Shown: positions 55,964-64,000 of the stretch, one piece after another
Layout: every line of letters begins with the position of its first letter
Position numbering within the stretch: the first letter of the stretch is position 1
NCBI GenBank assembly: GCA_013203315.1
Contig: JABMQJ010000012.1
Span: 10,468 to 74,467, forward strand
Length of the DNA stretch: 64,000 nucleotides
Origin: Candidatus Omnitrophota bacterium
GTDB taxonomy: Bacteria; Omnitrophota; Gorgyraeia; JABMRN01; RBG-13-46-9
Direction: 5' to 3'
Made by a program: the position numbers and the translations under genes
The notes under the pieces: model-generated
Database searches by the model: none
Told to the model about the DNA's origin: nothing
Seen by the model: the letters and a program-made list of their open reading frames with translations, nothing else

Positions 55964-56191
55964 ATGGCAAAGACAGTATGTAAATGCGGCATAAAGAGAA
56001 AGAAAGGCTATCTCTATTTTGTCGGCAAGAATGGTTGTGCATATGAAACAAAAATGGCACGCGGCACGAAAAAAGGCGGCGGAAGAAAGGTAGTGCACAA
56101 TTGCCGTATCAAGAAAGAGAAAGGCTATCTTTATTTTATCGACAAGAAGGGTAACGTCGGTGCAGCAAAAATGCAGCGCGGCGGCAAATAA
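55964..56191 (+). CDS. Small very basic protein made of two tandem KGYLYF repeats
   Basis: Strong AGGAGGTG RBS; repeats CGIKRKKGYLYFVGKNG...KMARG and CRIKKEKGYLYFIDKKG...KMQRG. Confidence 0.8.
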   Translation: MAKTVCKCGIKRKKGYLYFVGKNGCAYETKMARGTKKGGGRKVVHNCRIKKEKGYLYFIDKKGNVGAAKMQRGGK

Positions 56192-56203
56192 ACAAATAAT
56201 ACC

Positions 56204-56267
56204 GTAGAGAGTGGCAAGCGACAAAAGAGGAAGGGCTCTTCCTTGTTTGTTTAATGCTGCTCTCTAC
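56204..56267 (+). other. Extended RNA hairpin (terminator or structured 3' UTR)
   Basis: GTAGAGAGTGGCA/TGCTGCTCTCTAC outer stem with G-U pairs; apical AGGAAG-GGCT-CTTCCT. Confidence 0.55.
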
Positions 56268-56335
56268 TTCTTGCAGAATGAAAATCGAATACACGTACTT
56301 CCTTAAAATCCTCATTTTAAAATCCTTACCAAAAT

Positions 56336-57016
56336 ATGGGTAAAGCGCGAACCTTAATGAGTATGTACAAGAAACTGTACGCCCACTTCGGGCCGCGGCA
56401 CTGGTGGCCGGCGAAGAGCGCGTTCGAAGTCATGGTCGGAGCCATACTCACACAAAATACGGCCTGGTCAAATGTTGAAAAAGCGATAGCGAACTTGAGA
56501 AGGGAAGGCCTTCTTTCCCAGAAAAAAATAAGTCAAATAAAAACCAGAAAGCTCGCAGCCCTTATAAGGCCATCCGGATTTTATAACGAAAAGGCAAAGA
56601 AACTTAAAGAGCTTGTAAGATTCCTGGCAGGCTTTTGCGGAAGTAATTTAAGGAAACTGCGCCAGCATGACACTGCTTACCTCAGAAAAGAATTTTTACG
56701 CGTACACGGGATAGGCCCCGAAACAGCCGACAGCATACTTCTCTATGCGCTCGGAAAGGCGAGCTTTGTGGTTGATGCGTATACAAAAAGGATTTGTATG
56801 CGGCATAAACTGATACCCGAACATGCGACGTATCACCAGATTCAAGAGTTCTTTACGGACAATCTTCTTAAAGATGCGAAAATATTCAATGAGTACCATG
56901 CCCTTATAGTGGAGACAGGCAAAAATTACTGTAAAAAAAATAAGCCACTTTGCAAAATTTGCCCCTTGAGACTGGTCAAATGCGGCAAAAATATGGTATA
57001 CTTAAATAAAAAATAG
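56336..57016 (+). CDS. HhH-GPD / endonuclease III-related DNA glycosylase family protein
   Basis: WWP, GAILTQNT.W.NV, PSGFY, GIGPETADSILLYA, VVDAYT, C-terminal C-x6-C-x2-C. Confidence 0.85.
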   Translation: MGKARTLMSMYKKLYAHFGPRHWWPAKSAFEVMVGAILTQNTAWSNVEKAIANLRREGLLSQKKISQIKTRKLAALIRPSGFYNEKAKKLKELVRFLAGFCGSNLRKLRQHDTAYLRKEFLRVHGIGPETADSILLYALGKASFVVDAYTKRICMRHKLIPEHATYHQIQEFFTDNLLKDAKIFNEYHALIVETGKNYCKKNKPLCKICPLRLVKCGKNMVYLNKK

Positions 57017-57026
57017 GGGGTGCGTT

Positions 57027-57320
57027 ATGATATTTGGTTTATTTAAGAAAAAAAGAACCACTGAGGAATTGGGAGCTCCCATCGGCGAAATAACTCATTA
57101 TTTCCAGCATGTAAAAGCAGCAGTTATAAAATTGAAAAAAAACACCATGTCCGAAGGGGATACCATTTGCATTAAAGGGCACACAACGGATTTTGAGCAA
57201 AAAGTAAAGAGTATGCAGGTTAATCATAAAACGATACATAAGGCATCTTCGGGGCAGGAGATCGGAATGAAGGTTAAGTCTAAAGTGCGGCACGGTGATA
57301 AAGTTTATAAAATTTCTTGA
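57027..57320 (+). CDS. Small beta-barrel protein (EF-Tu domain II-like / peptidase U32 C-terminal-like)
   Basis: IGEITHYF, GD.I.IKGHTTDF.Q.V.SMQ, G.EIG.KV...VR.GDKVYK. Confidence 0.65.
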   Translation: MIFGLFKKKRTTEELGAPIGEITHYFQHVKAAVIKLKKNTMSEGDTICIKGHTTDFEQKVKSMQVNHKTIHKASSGQEIGMKVKSKVRHGDKVYKIS

Positions 57321-57345
57321 TATAACGATAAGTGTAGTGTATAAT
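57317..57345 (+). promoter_or_regulatory. Promoter giving a probable leaderless transcript
   Basis: TTGATA-N17-TATAAT with 8 nt to the ATG at 57354 and no SD. Confidence 0.65.
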
Positions 57346-57353
57346 TTGCCAAT

Positions 57354-57617
57354 ATGAAAAATAGATTGTATAAAAAAATGCTCTTGGGTCTGGGTTTTGA
57401 CTGCAGAGACGGTCACGTGCGGATAACAAAGGGCAAGAATTTCCGCCTCTACGGAGGTTCAAAAGAAACACACGGCCTCATGCAGGAAAAAGCCGTTAAA
57501 TTTAATGAGCATCTCCACAAAAAGCAAAAGACATTGGAGGGCTTAAGTAGAAGAGAATTTCATGATATCGCGAAAAAAATAGGCCTTCAGATACCAAAAG
57601 ACAATGAAGGCGCGTAG
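57354..57617 (+). CDS. Conserved-looking hypothetical protein (GLGFD.RDGH.RIT..NF.L.GGS.ETH..MQE motif)
   Basis: 87-aa ORF with its own promoter; the motif is recalled from PVC-group hypothetical proteins but not verified. Confidence 0.7.
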   Translation: MKNRLYKKMLLGLGFDCRDGHVRITKGKNFRLYGGSKETHGLMQEKAVKFNEHLHKKQKTLEGLSRREFHDIAKKIGLQIPKDNEGA

Positions 57618-57658
57618 ATAGCCCCGTCATTACTTATCCGCCCGAGCCCCTAAAAGGC

Positions 57659-57687
57659 TTGCCACATACAATTTTTAATGATATCAT
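57659..57687 (+). promoter_or_regulatory. Possible promoter for ferredoxin-suhB
   Basis: TTGCCA-N17-TATCAT with TGn extension. Confidence 0.45.
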
Positions 57688-57720
57688 ATTGTTTCATAAA
57701 AAAGGAAAGGGGGAGCGATA

Positions 57721-57903
57721 ATGGCTAAGATTACCATCGATGTAACCACTTGTACCGGTTGCGGGCTTTGCTCATCGCTATGTCCGGAAGTGTTCGAAAT
57801 AGATGATAAGAACATTGCAAAAGTAAAAGGCGATTCATGCCAGGGCCAGGACATAAATGACGTGGCTTCACAATGCCCTGTTGAGGCAATAAAAGTAGAA
57901 TAA
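57721..57903 (+). CDS. Monocluster [4Fe-4S] ferredoxin
   Basis: CTGCGLCSSLCP ... CPVEAI; 60 aa; strong RBS. Confidence 0.92.
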   Translation: MAKITIDVTTCTGCGLCSSLCPEVFEIDDKNIAKVKGDSCQGQDINDVASQCPVEAIKVE

Positions 57904-57906
57904 AAG

Positions 57907-58683
57907 TTGAAAACCGATAGATTCAAGAAGGTTGCGGCCGCCGCCGCGGTTTCCGCGGGCAATTATATCGCCAAGAATGTCGGCAAAATAAAAAGCATTC
58001 GCTACAAGGGCGAGACAAATATTGTCACTGACATAGACAAAAGGGCCGAAGACATAATTATAGGCGCGATAAAAAAATCCTACCCGCGCCATAACTTTCT
58101 TGCCGAAGAAAAAACCTACCTAAAACGCGAATCAGATTTTACGTGGATTATTGATCCTATTGACGGCACGACGAATTTTTTGCACGGGTTTCCTTTTTTT
58201 TGCGTTTCCGTGGCGCTTGCGTATCGCGAAAAGGTTATCGTGGGCGTCGTGTACGATCCGTCAAAAAATGAACTTTTTCACGCAGAACATAAAAAAGGCG
58301 CGTTTTTAAACAGAAAAAGAATCCGTGTCTCCGGAGTAAGAGAAGTTAAGAAAGCGCTCCTATCAACGGGATTTGCCTATAACGTGAAAAAGGCAAAGCG
58401 CAATAATGTTAACAATTTTGCAAAATTCCTTAAAACCTCACAGGCAATAAGAAGGCCCGGTTCCGCTGCGCTCGACATTTGCTATGTTGCATGCGGGCGT
58501 TTTGACGGATTCTGGGAGCTGCGCCTTAGCCCATGGGATACGGCGGCAGGTTTTCGAATAGTAGAAGAAGCGGGCGGAAGGGTTACCAAGTTTGACGGGA
58601 CAAAATATACTATATACGATCAGGAAATTCTTGTCTCAAACTCAAGGATTCATGCCCGCATGGTAAAAACCCTGCTGACATAA
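57907..58683 (+). CDS. suhB: Inositol monophosphatase family protein (SuhB-like)
   Basis: VTDID, AEE, WIIDPIDGTTNF, GSAALD, PWDTAAG. Confidence 0.88.
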   Translation: MKTDRFKKVAAAAAVSAGNYIAKNVGKIKSIRYKGETNIVTDIDKRAEDIIIGAIKKSYPRHNFLAEEKTYLKRESDFTWIIDPIDGTTNFLHGFPFFCVSVALAYREKVIVGVVYDPSKNELFHAEHKKGAFLNRKRIRVSGVREVKKALLSTGFAYNVKKAKRNNVNNFAKFLKTSQAIRRPGSAALDICYVACGRFDGFWELRLSPWDTAAGFRIVEEAGGRVTKFDGTKYTIYDQEILVSNSRIHARMVKTLLT

Positions 58684-58697
58684 AAGAGATATTTTTA

Positions 58698-58725
58698 TTG
58701 TAATCTATCCGGTTCGTGCTAAAAT
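58698..58725 (+). promoter_or_regulatory. Possible promoter (extended -10)
   Basis: TTGTAA-N16-TAAAAT with TGn extension; AAGGAGG RBS follows. Confidence 0.45.
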
Positions 58726-58752
58726 ATATGCAAGGTAAAAGGAGGTGGCTTT

Positions 58753-59124
58753 ATGGGAAAACTATTTTTATATCTAATAAGCATATTCTGGATAATCATC
58801 GGTGCGCTTTCCGTGTTCGCTACTGACTTGGTGAGAAAGAAATTTTTTAATAGGCTTTTAAAAAAGAAAGATATGAAAAAATTAGCTCCTATTCCTATCG
58901 CTATAGGAATACTGCTGTTTCTATCAGCTTCGGCCAATAATCATGCAATAATCGTTATCCTGATTGGGATTCTGGCTATCGCAAAAGGGGTAATGATCAT
59001 CGTGGCAGAAGACAAAATGCAAAAAATAACCGACTGGTGGCTAAAATCCAAGGATAACGCCTACAAAATATGGGGTGTTGTCATAATTCTCTTAGGCTCG
59101 GTAGTGTTGATGGGGATTAAATAG
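58753..59124 (+). CDS. Hypothetical membrane protein (~4 TM)
   Basis: 123 aa, four hydrophobic segments with basic loops, strong RBS. Confidence 0.78.
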   Translation: MGKLFLYLISIFWIIIGALSVFATDLVRKKFFNRLLKKKDMKKLAPIPIAIGILLFLSASANNHAIIVILIGILAIAKGVMIIVAEDKMQKITDWWLKSKDNAYKIWGVVIILLGSVVLMGIK

Positions 59125-59148
59125 TAGCCTCTCTTTTAAATATTTTTA

Positions 59149-59178
59149 ACGGGGACAGTCCGCAAGGCCTGTCCCCGT
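59149..59178. repeat. GGGGACAG-family hairpin with a GCAA tetraloop
   Basis: ACGGGGACAG-T-CC-GCAA-GG-C-CTGTCCCCGT; 10-bp perfect outer arms. Confidence 0.72.
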
Positions 59179-59195
59179 ATCTATAAACACCTCAC

Positions 59196-60632
59196 ATGCT
59201 TATAAAAAAAGATCCCACAATTATTCAATCCTATCTCGAAGACTCCTCTAATCTAAAAGGCGGCCATACTGAAAGGGTGGTCATACCGCAAACCATCGAT
59301 GAAGTATCTTCCGTTTTAAAAGAGGCAGATACTAAGAGGGTTCCCGTTACTGTATCGGGCGCCGGAACGGGTCAGGCAGGGGGAAGGGTTCCTTTTGGGG
59401 GGATAGTTTTATCTACGGAGAAACTGAGCGCAATAAAGGAAATAAGGAAATTTGATAAAGGCGGATACGTAGTTCTGGAAGCAGGCGTTTTGATCAAGGA
59501 CTTAAAAGAGGCATGTGAACAAAAAGAGCTTTTTTATACATACGACCCGACAGAACAAACAGCTTTTGTCGGAGGCGCCATCGCTACTAACGCCTCCGGG
59601 GCGCGTTCGTTTCGATATGGGCCGACAAGGCAATATGTAAAAGGCATAAGGGTGGCTTTAGCCGACGGTTCGATTCTTTTATTAAAAAGGGGAGAAGTTA
59701 AGGCAAAGGGGCGCATCTTAGGGTTCGAAGCGTCCGGAAAGCGTTACAAAATCAACCTTCCCGCATACAAAATGCCGGATACAAAAAACTCTGCCGGATA
59801 TTACGCAAAAGATGACATGGATCTTGTGGACCTTTTTGTGGGCCAGGAGGGCACGCTTGGGGTTATCGTAGAAGCGGAGCTAGGGCTTATTGATAGGCCA
59901 AAAGAAATATTTAGCGCATTTGCATTTTTTAAAGATGAATCTAGTGCCTGGAGCTTTGCCAAAGATTCAAGGTTAGCGCGCCCTTTATCGATCGAATATT
60001 TTGATGTTAATTGCCTCAAACTCCTTGGGGAGAGGGATCACAATGTCCCGGATAGCGCAAAAGCAGCGATATTTTTTGAAGATGAAATCACAGAAACAGA
60101 GGATGCGGTTATGGCGAAGTGGGAAAAGCTCCTGTCTAAACACGGCGTTTCCCTGGATAACACCTGGGTTGCCATGAACGAAAAAACGCACCGCGAATTC
60201 CTGGATAAAAGGCATTTTATTCCAGAGACAATGTCCGAGATGGCCAAGCGTTCCGGTTTCCCAAAAGTCAGCACAGACCTTGCGACACCGAAAGAAAAAT
60301 TGCGTGACATGCTGGAGTTTTATAAAAACAGTTTAGAGAAAAATGCTTTGCGTCACTTCGTGTTCGGTCACATAGGTGATGCGCATTTGCACGTAAACAT
60401 GCTCCCTGCCGATCAAAAAGAATATGAAAAATGCAAGAATTTGCAGCTTGAATTTGTAAAAAAGTCTCTTTCTTTAGGCGGCACCGTTTCGGCGGAGCAC
60501 GGCATCGGGAAGTCTAAAAAGGGATTCCTGAAATTACTCTACGGCGAGAAAGGCATAAACGAGATGATTGAGGTTAAGAAAACTCTTGACCGGAATTTAA
60601 TTTTGGGAAGAGGGAATGTATTCGATACTTGA
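59196..60632 (+). CDS. FAD-linked oxidoreductase, GlcD / D-lactate dehydrogenase family
   Basis: GAGTG.AGG, GGAIATNASG, GQEGTLG, FGHIGDAHLHVN, SAEHGIG. Confidence 0.88.
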   Translation: MLIKKDPTIIQSYLEDSSNLKGGHTERVVIPQTIDEVSSVLKEADTKRVPVTVSGAGTGQAGGRVPFGGIVLSTEKLSAIKEIRKFDKGGYVVLEAGVLIKDLKEACEQKELFYTYDPTEQTAFVGGAIATNASGARSFRYGPTRQYVKGIRVALADGSILLLKRGEVKAKGRILGFEASGKRYKINLPAYKMPDTKNSAGYYAKDDMDLVDLFVGQEGTLGVIVEAELGLIDRPKEIFSAFAFFKDESSAWSFAKDSRLARPLSIEYFDVNCLKLLGERDHNVPDSAKAAIFFEDEITETEDAVMAKWEKLLSKHGVSLDNTWVAMNEKTHREFLDKRHFIPETMSEMAKRSGFPKVSTDLATPKEKLRDMLEFYKNSLEKNALRHFVFGHIGDAHLHVNMLPADQKEYEKCKNLQLEFVKKSLSLGGTVSAEHGIGKSKKGFLKLLYGEKGINEMIEVKKTLDRNLILGRGNVFDT

Positions 60633-60643
60633 GATTTCCACTC

Positions 60644-60672
60644 TTGACAAAGCCATATATATATCTTATAAT
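60644..60672 (+). promoter_or_regulatory. Consensus sigma70 promoter for the acd-etfBA operon
   Basis: Perfect TTGACA-N17-TATAAT. Confidence 0.85.
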
Positions 60673-60710
60673 TACTTCCCTATATAAACCAAAATAATGA
60701 GGAGGTTTCA

Positions 60711-61862
60711 ATGAGCCACTTACTTACCGATGAACAGAAAATGATAAAGGACCTATGTCGCCAGATAGCGCGGGAGAAAATCCAGCCTGTTGCGGCCGAA
60801 TATGACGAAAAGGAAGAGTTCCCCTGGCCGATAGTAAAGATACTCGCCGAATCCGACATCTGCGGTATCTATATACCTGAGGCTTATGGTGGAATGGGCG
60901 GAGGTATCCTGGAGCTGGCAATAGCAACCGAGGAGTTGTCATGGGGCTGCGGCGGTATATCGCTAGCTTTTGCTGCAACGGGCCTGGGAACCTTCCCTAT
61001 CATACTTTTTGGAAATGATGAGCAGAAAAAGAAATACCTGCCGAGAATCGCCAAGGGCACGATAGCGGCATTCTGTATTACGGAAGCTGAAGCCGGTTCG
61101 GATGCAGGTTCAATAAAAACGACTGCAGTAAAAGACGGTGACCATTACATATTAAATGGTACAAAGCAGTGGATCACAAACGGTGGCGAAGCAGAGATTT
61201 ACACGGTTATAGCCATGACGGATAAAAACAAGGGCGCAAGAGGCGCAACAGCCTTTGTCGTTGAAAAAGGAACCAAGGGTTTAGATTTCGGAAAGAAGGA
61301 AAAAAAGCTTGGCATCAGGGGTTCGGCCACGAGAGAAGTTATATTCACCGATTGCAAGATCCCCAAAGAGAACATGCTATCGAAGCAGGGCATGGGCTTT
61401 ATTGTTGCCATGAAAACCTTCGATTATTCCCGTCCAGGCGTTGCAGCACAGGCCCTAGGCATAGCACAGAGAGCGCTTGATGAAGCGGTTAAATATTCTC
61501 ACGAGAGAAAACAGTTCGGTCAATTTATCTCAAGCTTTCAGGGCATACAGTTCATGCTGGCTGACATGGCCATACAGGTTGAAGCAGCGAGGGCTATGGT
61601 TTACAGGGCCGCCAGAATAATCGATTCCGGCGCGAAGGACATATCCAAGCTGTCGGCTATTGCAAAAACATTTGCTTCAGACGTGGCGATGAAAGTAACT
61701 ACAGACGCAGTTCAAGTTTTCGGAGGATACGGTTACATGCGGGAATACCCTGTAGAGAAACTAATGAGAGACGCGAAAATTACACAGATTTATGAAGGGA
61801 CAAATCAAATACAGCGCAGCATCATAGCGGCACATCTGATAAAAGAACTCAAGAAGAAGTAA
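60711..61862 (+). CDS. Acyl-CoA dehydrogenase (Bcd/CarC-like)
   Basis: FCITEAEAGSD, NGTKQWITNG, KLGIRGS, RKQFG, GGYGYM, IYEGTNQIQ. Confidence 0.92.
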   Translation: MSHLLTDEQKMIKDLCRQIAREKIQPVAAEYDEKEEFPWPIVKILAESDICGIYIPEAYGGMGGGILELAIATEELSWGCGGISLAFAATGLGTFPIILFGNDEQKKKYLPRIAKGTIAAFCITEAEAGSDAGSIKTTAVKDGDHYILNGTKQWITNGGEAEIYTVIAMTDKNKGARGATAFVVEKGTKGLDFGKKEKKLGIRGSATREVIFTDCKIPKENMLSKQGMGFIVAMKTFDYSRPGVAAQALGIAQRALDEAVKYSHERKQFGQFISSFQGIQFMLADMAIQVEAARAMVYRAARIIDSGAKDISKLSAIAKTFASDVAMKVTTDAVQVFGGYGYMREYPVEKLMRDAKITQIYEGTNQIQRSIIAAHLIKELKKK

Positions 61863-61877
61863 AAACGAGGCAATAAC

Positions 61878-62657
61878 GTGCACGTAGTAGTTTGCATAAA
61901 GCAAGTTCCGAATACCACGCAGGTCCGGATTAATCCCGAGACAAATACGCTTATACGCGACGGTGTAGAGAGTATCATCAACCCCTTTGACATGTACGCC
62001 ATAGAAGAGGGCATACGCTTGAGGGAAAAATTCGGGGGGAAGGTCACCGTAATAAGTATGGGGCCGCCACAGGCAGACCAGGCGCTAAAGGAAGCTATTT
62101 CTATGGGCTGTGACGAGGCAATATTGATAACGGACAGGGCTTTTGCAGGCAGTGATACATGGGCGACAAGTTATGTGCTTTCGCAGGCTATAAAGAAAAT
62201 AAAGGATTTTAACGTTATACTTTGTGGGAAACAGGCCTCGGACGGTGATACCGCGCAAGTAGGGCCCGGTATCTCAACACATCTTGACATACCGCAGGTC
62301 ACATATGTAAAGAAAATAGAGGAAATAAGCGAGAAAAGCGCCCGTGTTGAAAGAATGATGGAAGAAGGCTTTGAAATAATTGAAATTCCGCTACCCTGCC
62401 TTTTTACGGTAGTTAAAGAAATTAATGAGCCGCGATTACCGTCCTTAAAAGGTAAGATGAAAGCGAAGAAAGCAGAGATTCCAAAGTGGAGTGCCGAAGA
62501 CCTGAACTGCGATTTTGATAAAATAGGCCTGGACGGTTCACCGACACGCGTAGTTAAGATATTTACACCTACGCCACGTAAGGGCGGGGAAATTCTAAAA
62601 GGCGATACCAAGGAAATAGTAGATAGGCTGGCGAGTGAGTTAAAAAATGAGTGCTGA
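61878..62657 (+). CDS. etfB: Electron transfer flavoprotein beta subunit
   Basis: VCIKQVP, INPFD, SMGPP, DRAFAGSDT.AT, GKQASDGDTAQVGP, NEPR. Confidence 0.93.
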   Translation: MHVVVCIKQVPNTTQVRINPETNTLIRDGVESIINPFDMYAIEEGIRLREKFGGKVTVISMGPPQADQALKEAISMGCDEAILITDRAFAGSDTWATSYVLSQAIKKIKDFNVILCGKQASDGDTAQVGPGISTHLDIPQVTYVKKIEEISEKSARVERMMEEGFEIIEIPLPCLFTVVKEINEPRLPSLKGKMKAKKAEIPKWSAEDLNCDFDKIGLDGSPTRVVKIFTPTPRKGGEILKGDTKEIVDRLASELKNEC

Positions 62658-63852
62658 GAAGAAAATTCAAATTTTAAACGATGTATGCACGGGCTGCACC
62701 CTATGCGTTAAGGCGTGTCCGTTTGCCGCTATCAGCATGCAAAACAAAAAGGCGGTTATTGATTACGATAAATGCAACCTTTGCGGCGCATGCGTGGATG
62801 TGTGCAATTTTAACGCCATAGAAATAAAAACACTGGAGCGGAAATACGATCACTCCTCCTACAAGGACGTATGGGTTTTTTGCGAACAGAAAAAAGGCAT
62901 AGTGCAATCTATCTCGTATGAGCTGCTTGGCGAGGGTAAAAAACTTGCGAAAAAACTAAACTGCAAATTATGTGCCGTTCTCTTAGGTGAAAACATGAAA
63001 GAAAAGGCAAATGAACTCTTTGAGAGGGGCGCGGACATTGTCTATCTCGTTGATTCACCGCACCTGAAATATTACCAGGACGACCCGTATTCAAAAGTGC
63101 TTACCGAAGTCATAAACGAACATAAACCCGAGGTTGTCTTGTGCGGCGCCTCAACGATCGGAAGAAGCCTTATATCGAGAGTTGCGGTAAAGATCAATGC
63201 GGGTCTGACGGCAGATTGCACCGGACTCGATATTGACCCGAAGGAAAAATTACTTTTGCAGACAAGACCGGCTTTCGGTGGAAATATAATGGCCACGATC
63301 ATAACGCCGAATCACAGGCCGCAGATGGCAACCGTGCGGCACAAAGTCATGCAGGAGGCCGGAATCGAAAAGGGCCGAAAAGGCACCATAATCGAGAAAA
63401 AATACAGCGATGAAATCTTATTTACGAGAACCAAACTCATAGATATTGTAGAAGAAATTGAAGAAACGGTTAACCTCACTGAAGCTGACATAATCGTTTC
63501 AGGCGGCAGAGGCGTAGGTGGGCCTGAAAATTTCGATATTATTCGCGAACTTGCTCTTACCGTGGGAGGCGCTGTCGGCGCGTCACGAAGTGCGGTAGAC
63601 GCCGATTGGATACCATACTCGCACCAGGTAGGGCAGACCGGCAAAACAGTGTGCCCGAAAATTTACATAGCCTGCGGTATAAGCGGACAAATCCAGCACT
63701 TAATCGGAATGCAATCCTCTAAAATAATCGTAGCTATAAACAAAGACCCCGATGCCCCTATCTTCAAAGTCGCCACTTACGGCATAGTAGCCGACCTTTT
63801 CCAAATAGTCCCGGCCCTCACCAAAAAATTCAAACAGATCCTCGGCAAGTAA
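62647..63852 (+). CDS. etfA: Electron transfer flavoprotein alpha subunit with an N-terminal 2x[4Fe-4S] domain
   Basis: CTGCTLCVKACP and CNLCGACVDVC; GLTADCT, RPAFGG, SGGRG, QVGQTG, GISGQIQH. Confidence 0.93.
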   Translation: MSAEKKIQILNDVCTGCTLCVKACPFAAISMQNKKAVIDYDKCNLCGACVDVCNFNAIEIKTLERKYDHSSYKDVWVFCEQKKGIVQSISYELLGEGKKLAKKLNCKLCAVLLGENMKEKANELFERGADIVYLVDSPHLKYYQDDPYSKVLTEVINEHKPEVVLCGASTIGRSLISRVAVKINAGLTADCTGLDIDPKEKLLLQTRPAFGGNIMATIITPNHRPQMATVRHKVMQEAGIEKGRKGTIIEKKYSDEILFTRTKLIDIVEEIEETVNLTEADIIVSGGRGVGGPENFDIIRELALTVGGAVGASRSAVDADWIPYSHQVGQTGKTVCPKIYIACGISGQIQHLIGMQSSKIIVAINKDPDAPIFKVATYGIVADLFQIVPALTKKFKQILGK

Positions 63853-64000
63853 CTCTACCGCAAAAATAAAAAGCTCTAGCGGAATGAGAGGGTATTAGTG
63901 AGGGCGGCTTTTTTTGCCGATTATAGGAGATCCTTTCTTTCCATAATTACAAATATATACATTCAGCTTACTACAATTTTTTGAAGAAGAAAGAGCTCCG

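Noticed and set aside
55964-56191. Assigning the small basic repeat protein to a named chromatin family (CC1, Cren7, HU, histone H1-like)
   Set aside because: It does not match the motifs I recall for those families; left unnamed.
763-63644. Numerous minus-strand and alternate-frame ORFs in the supplied track (e.g. 2625-3245, 41305-42060, 27995-28576)
   Set aside because: They lie antisense to or inside well-supported + strand genes and show no recognisable motifs; treated as shadow ORFs.
63853-64000. Possible terminator and possible 3' end of a minus-strand gene at the window edge
   Set aside because: Only weak 4-7-bp stems and about ten codons are visible; cannot be supported.
1-64000. 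CRISPR array, tRNA/rRNA genes, transposases, integrases, prophage or defence genes
   Set aside because: No regularly spaced repeats, cloverleaf signatures or relevant protein motifs were seen; intergenic gaps are short and accounted for.

Overview
64-kb bacterial chromosome segment in which every supportable gene lies on the + strand. Gene content and protein style suggest an anaerobic PVC-superphylum organism, probably Candidatus Omnitrophota (inference only). In order: glgA; pgk-tpiA-secG plus a peptide/nickel-type ABC transporter; a trehalose cluster (otsA, otsB, DUF5752/OrfY-like, treT-like); leuCD-leuB-asd-truA; a ~19.5-kb signalling/type IV pilus region; an NSS transporter; rplM-rpsI; a long argCJBDFGH-lysA-dapFAB-dapL-folK-panC-nadA-nadX run; several small proteins; and a FAD oxidoreductase followed by an acyl-CoA dehydrogenase/EtfBA module. 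The pilus region holds three histidine kinases, an unexplained signal-peptide-less beta-hairpin-repeat protein coupled to an exported retropepsin, an orphan CheR-TPR, a CheW/receiver chimeric remnant, four stand-alone receivers, PilB/C, four pilins, PilM-N, PilO, a PilP-like gene and a REC-GGDEF, but no secretin, PilT or prepilin peptidase. No rRNA, tRNA, CRISPR array or transposase was recognised. Signals the ORF track misses: a 59-aa CheW-receiver deletion scar, an in-frame A_AAA_AAG slippery site that would fuse OtsA to OtsB, a GGGGACAG/CTGTCCCC palindrome family (one 133-bp hairpin, one copy inside a coding sequence), a 41-aa membrane ORF, and C-rich 3' ends on operon-terminal genes. All assignments are by eye from motifs; no searches were run.
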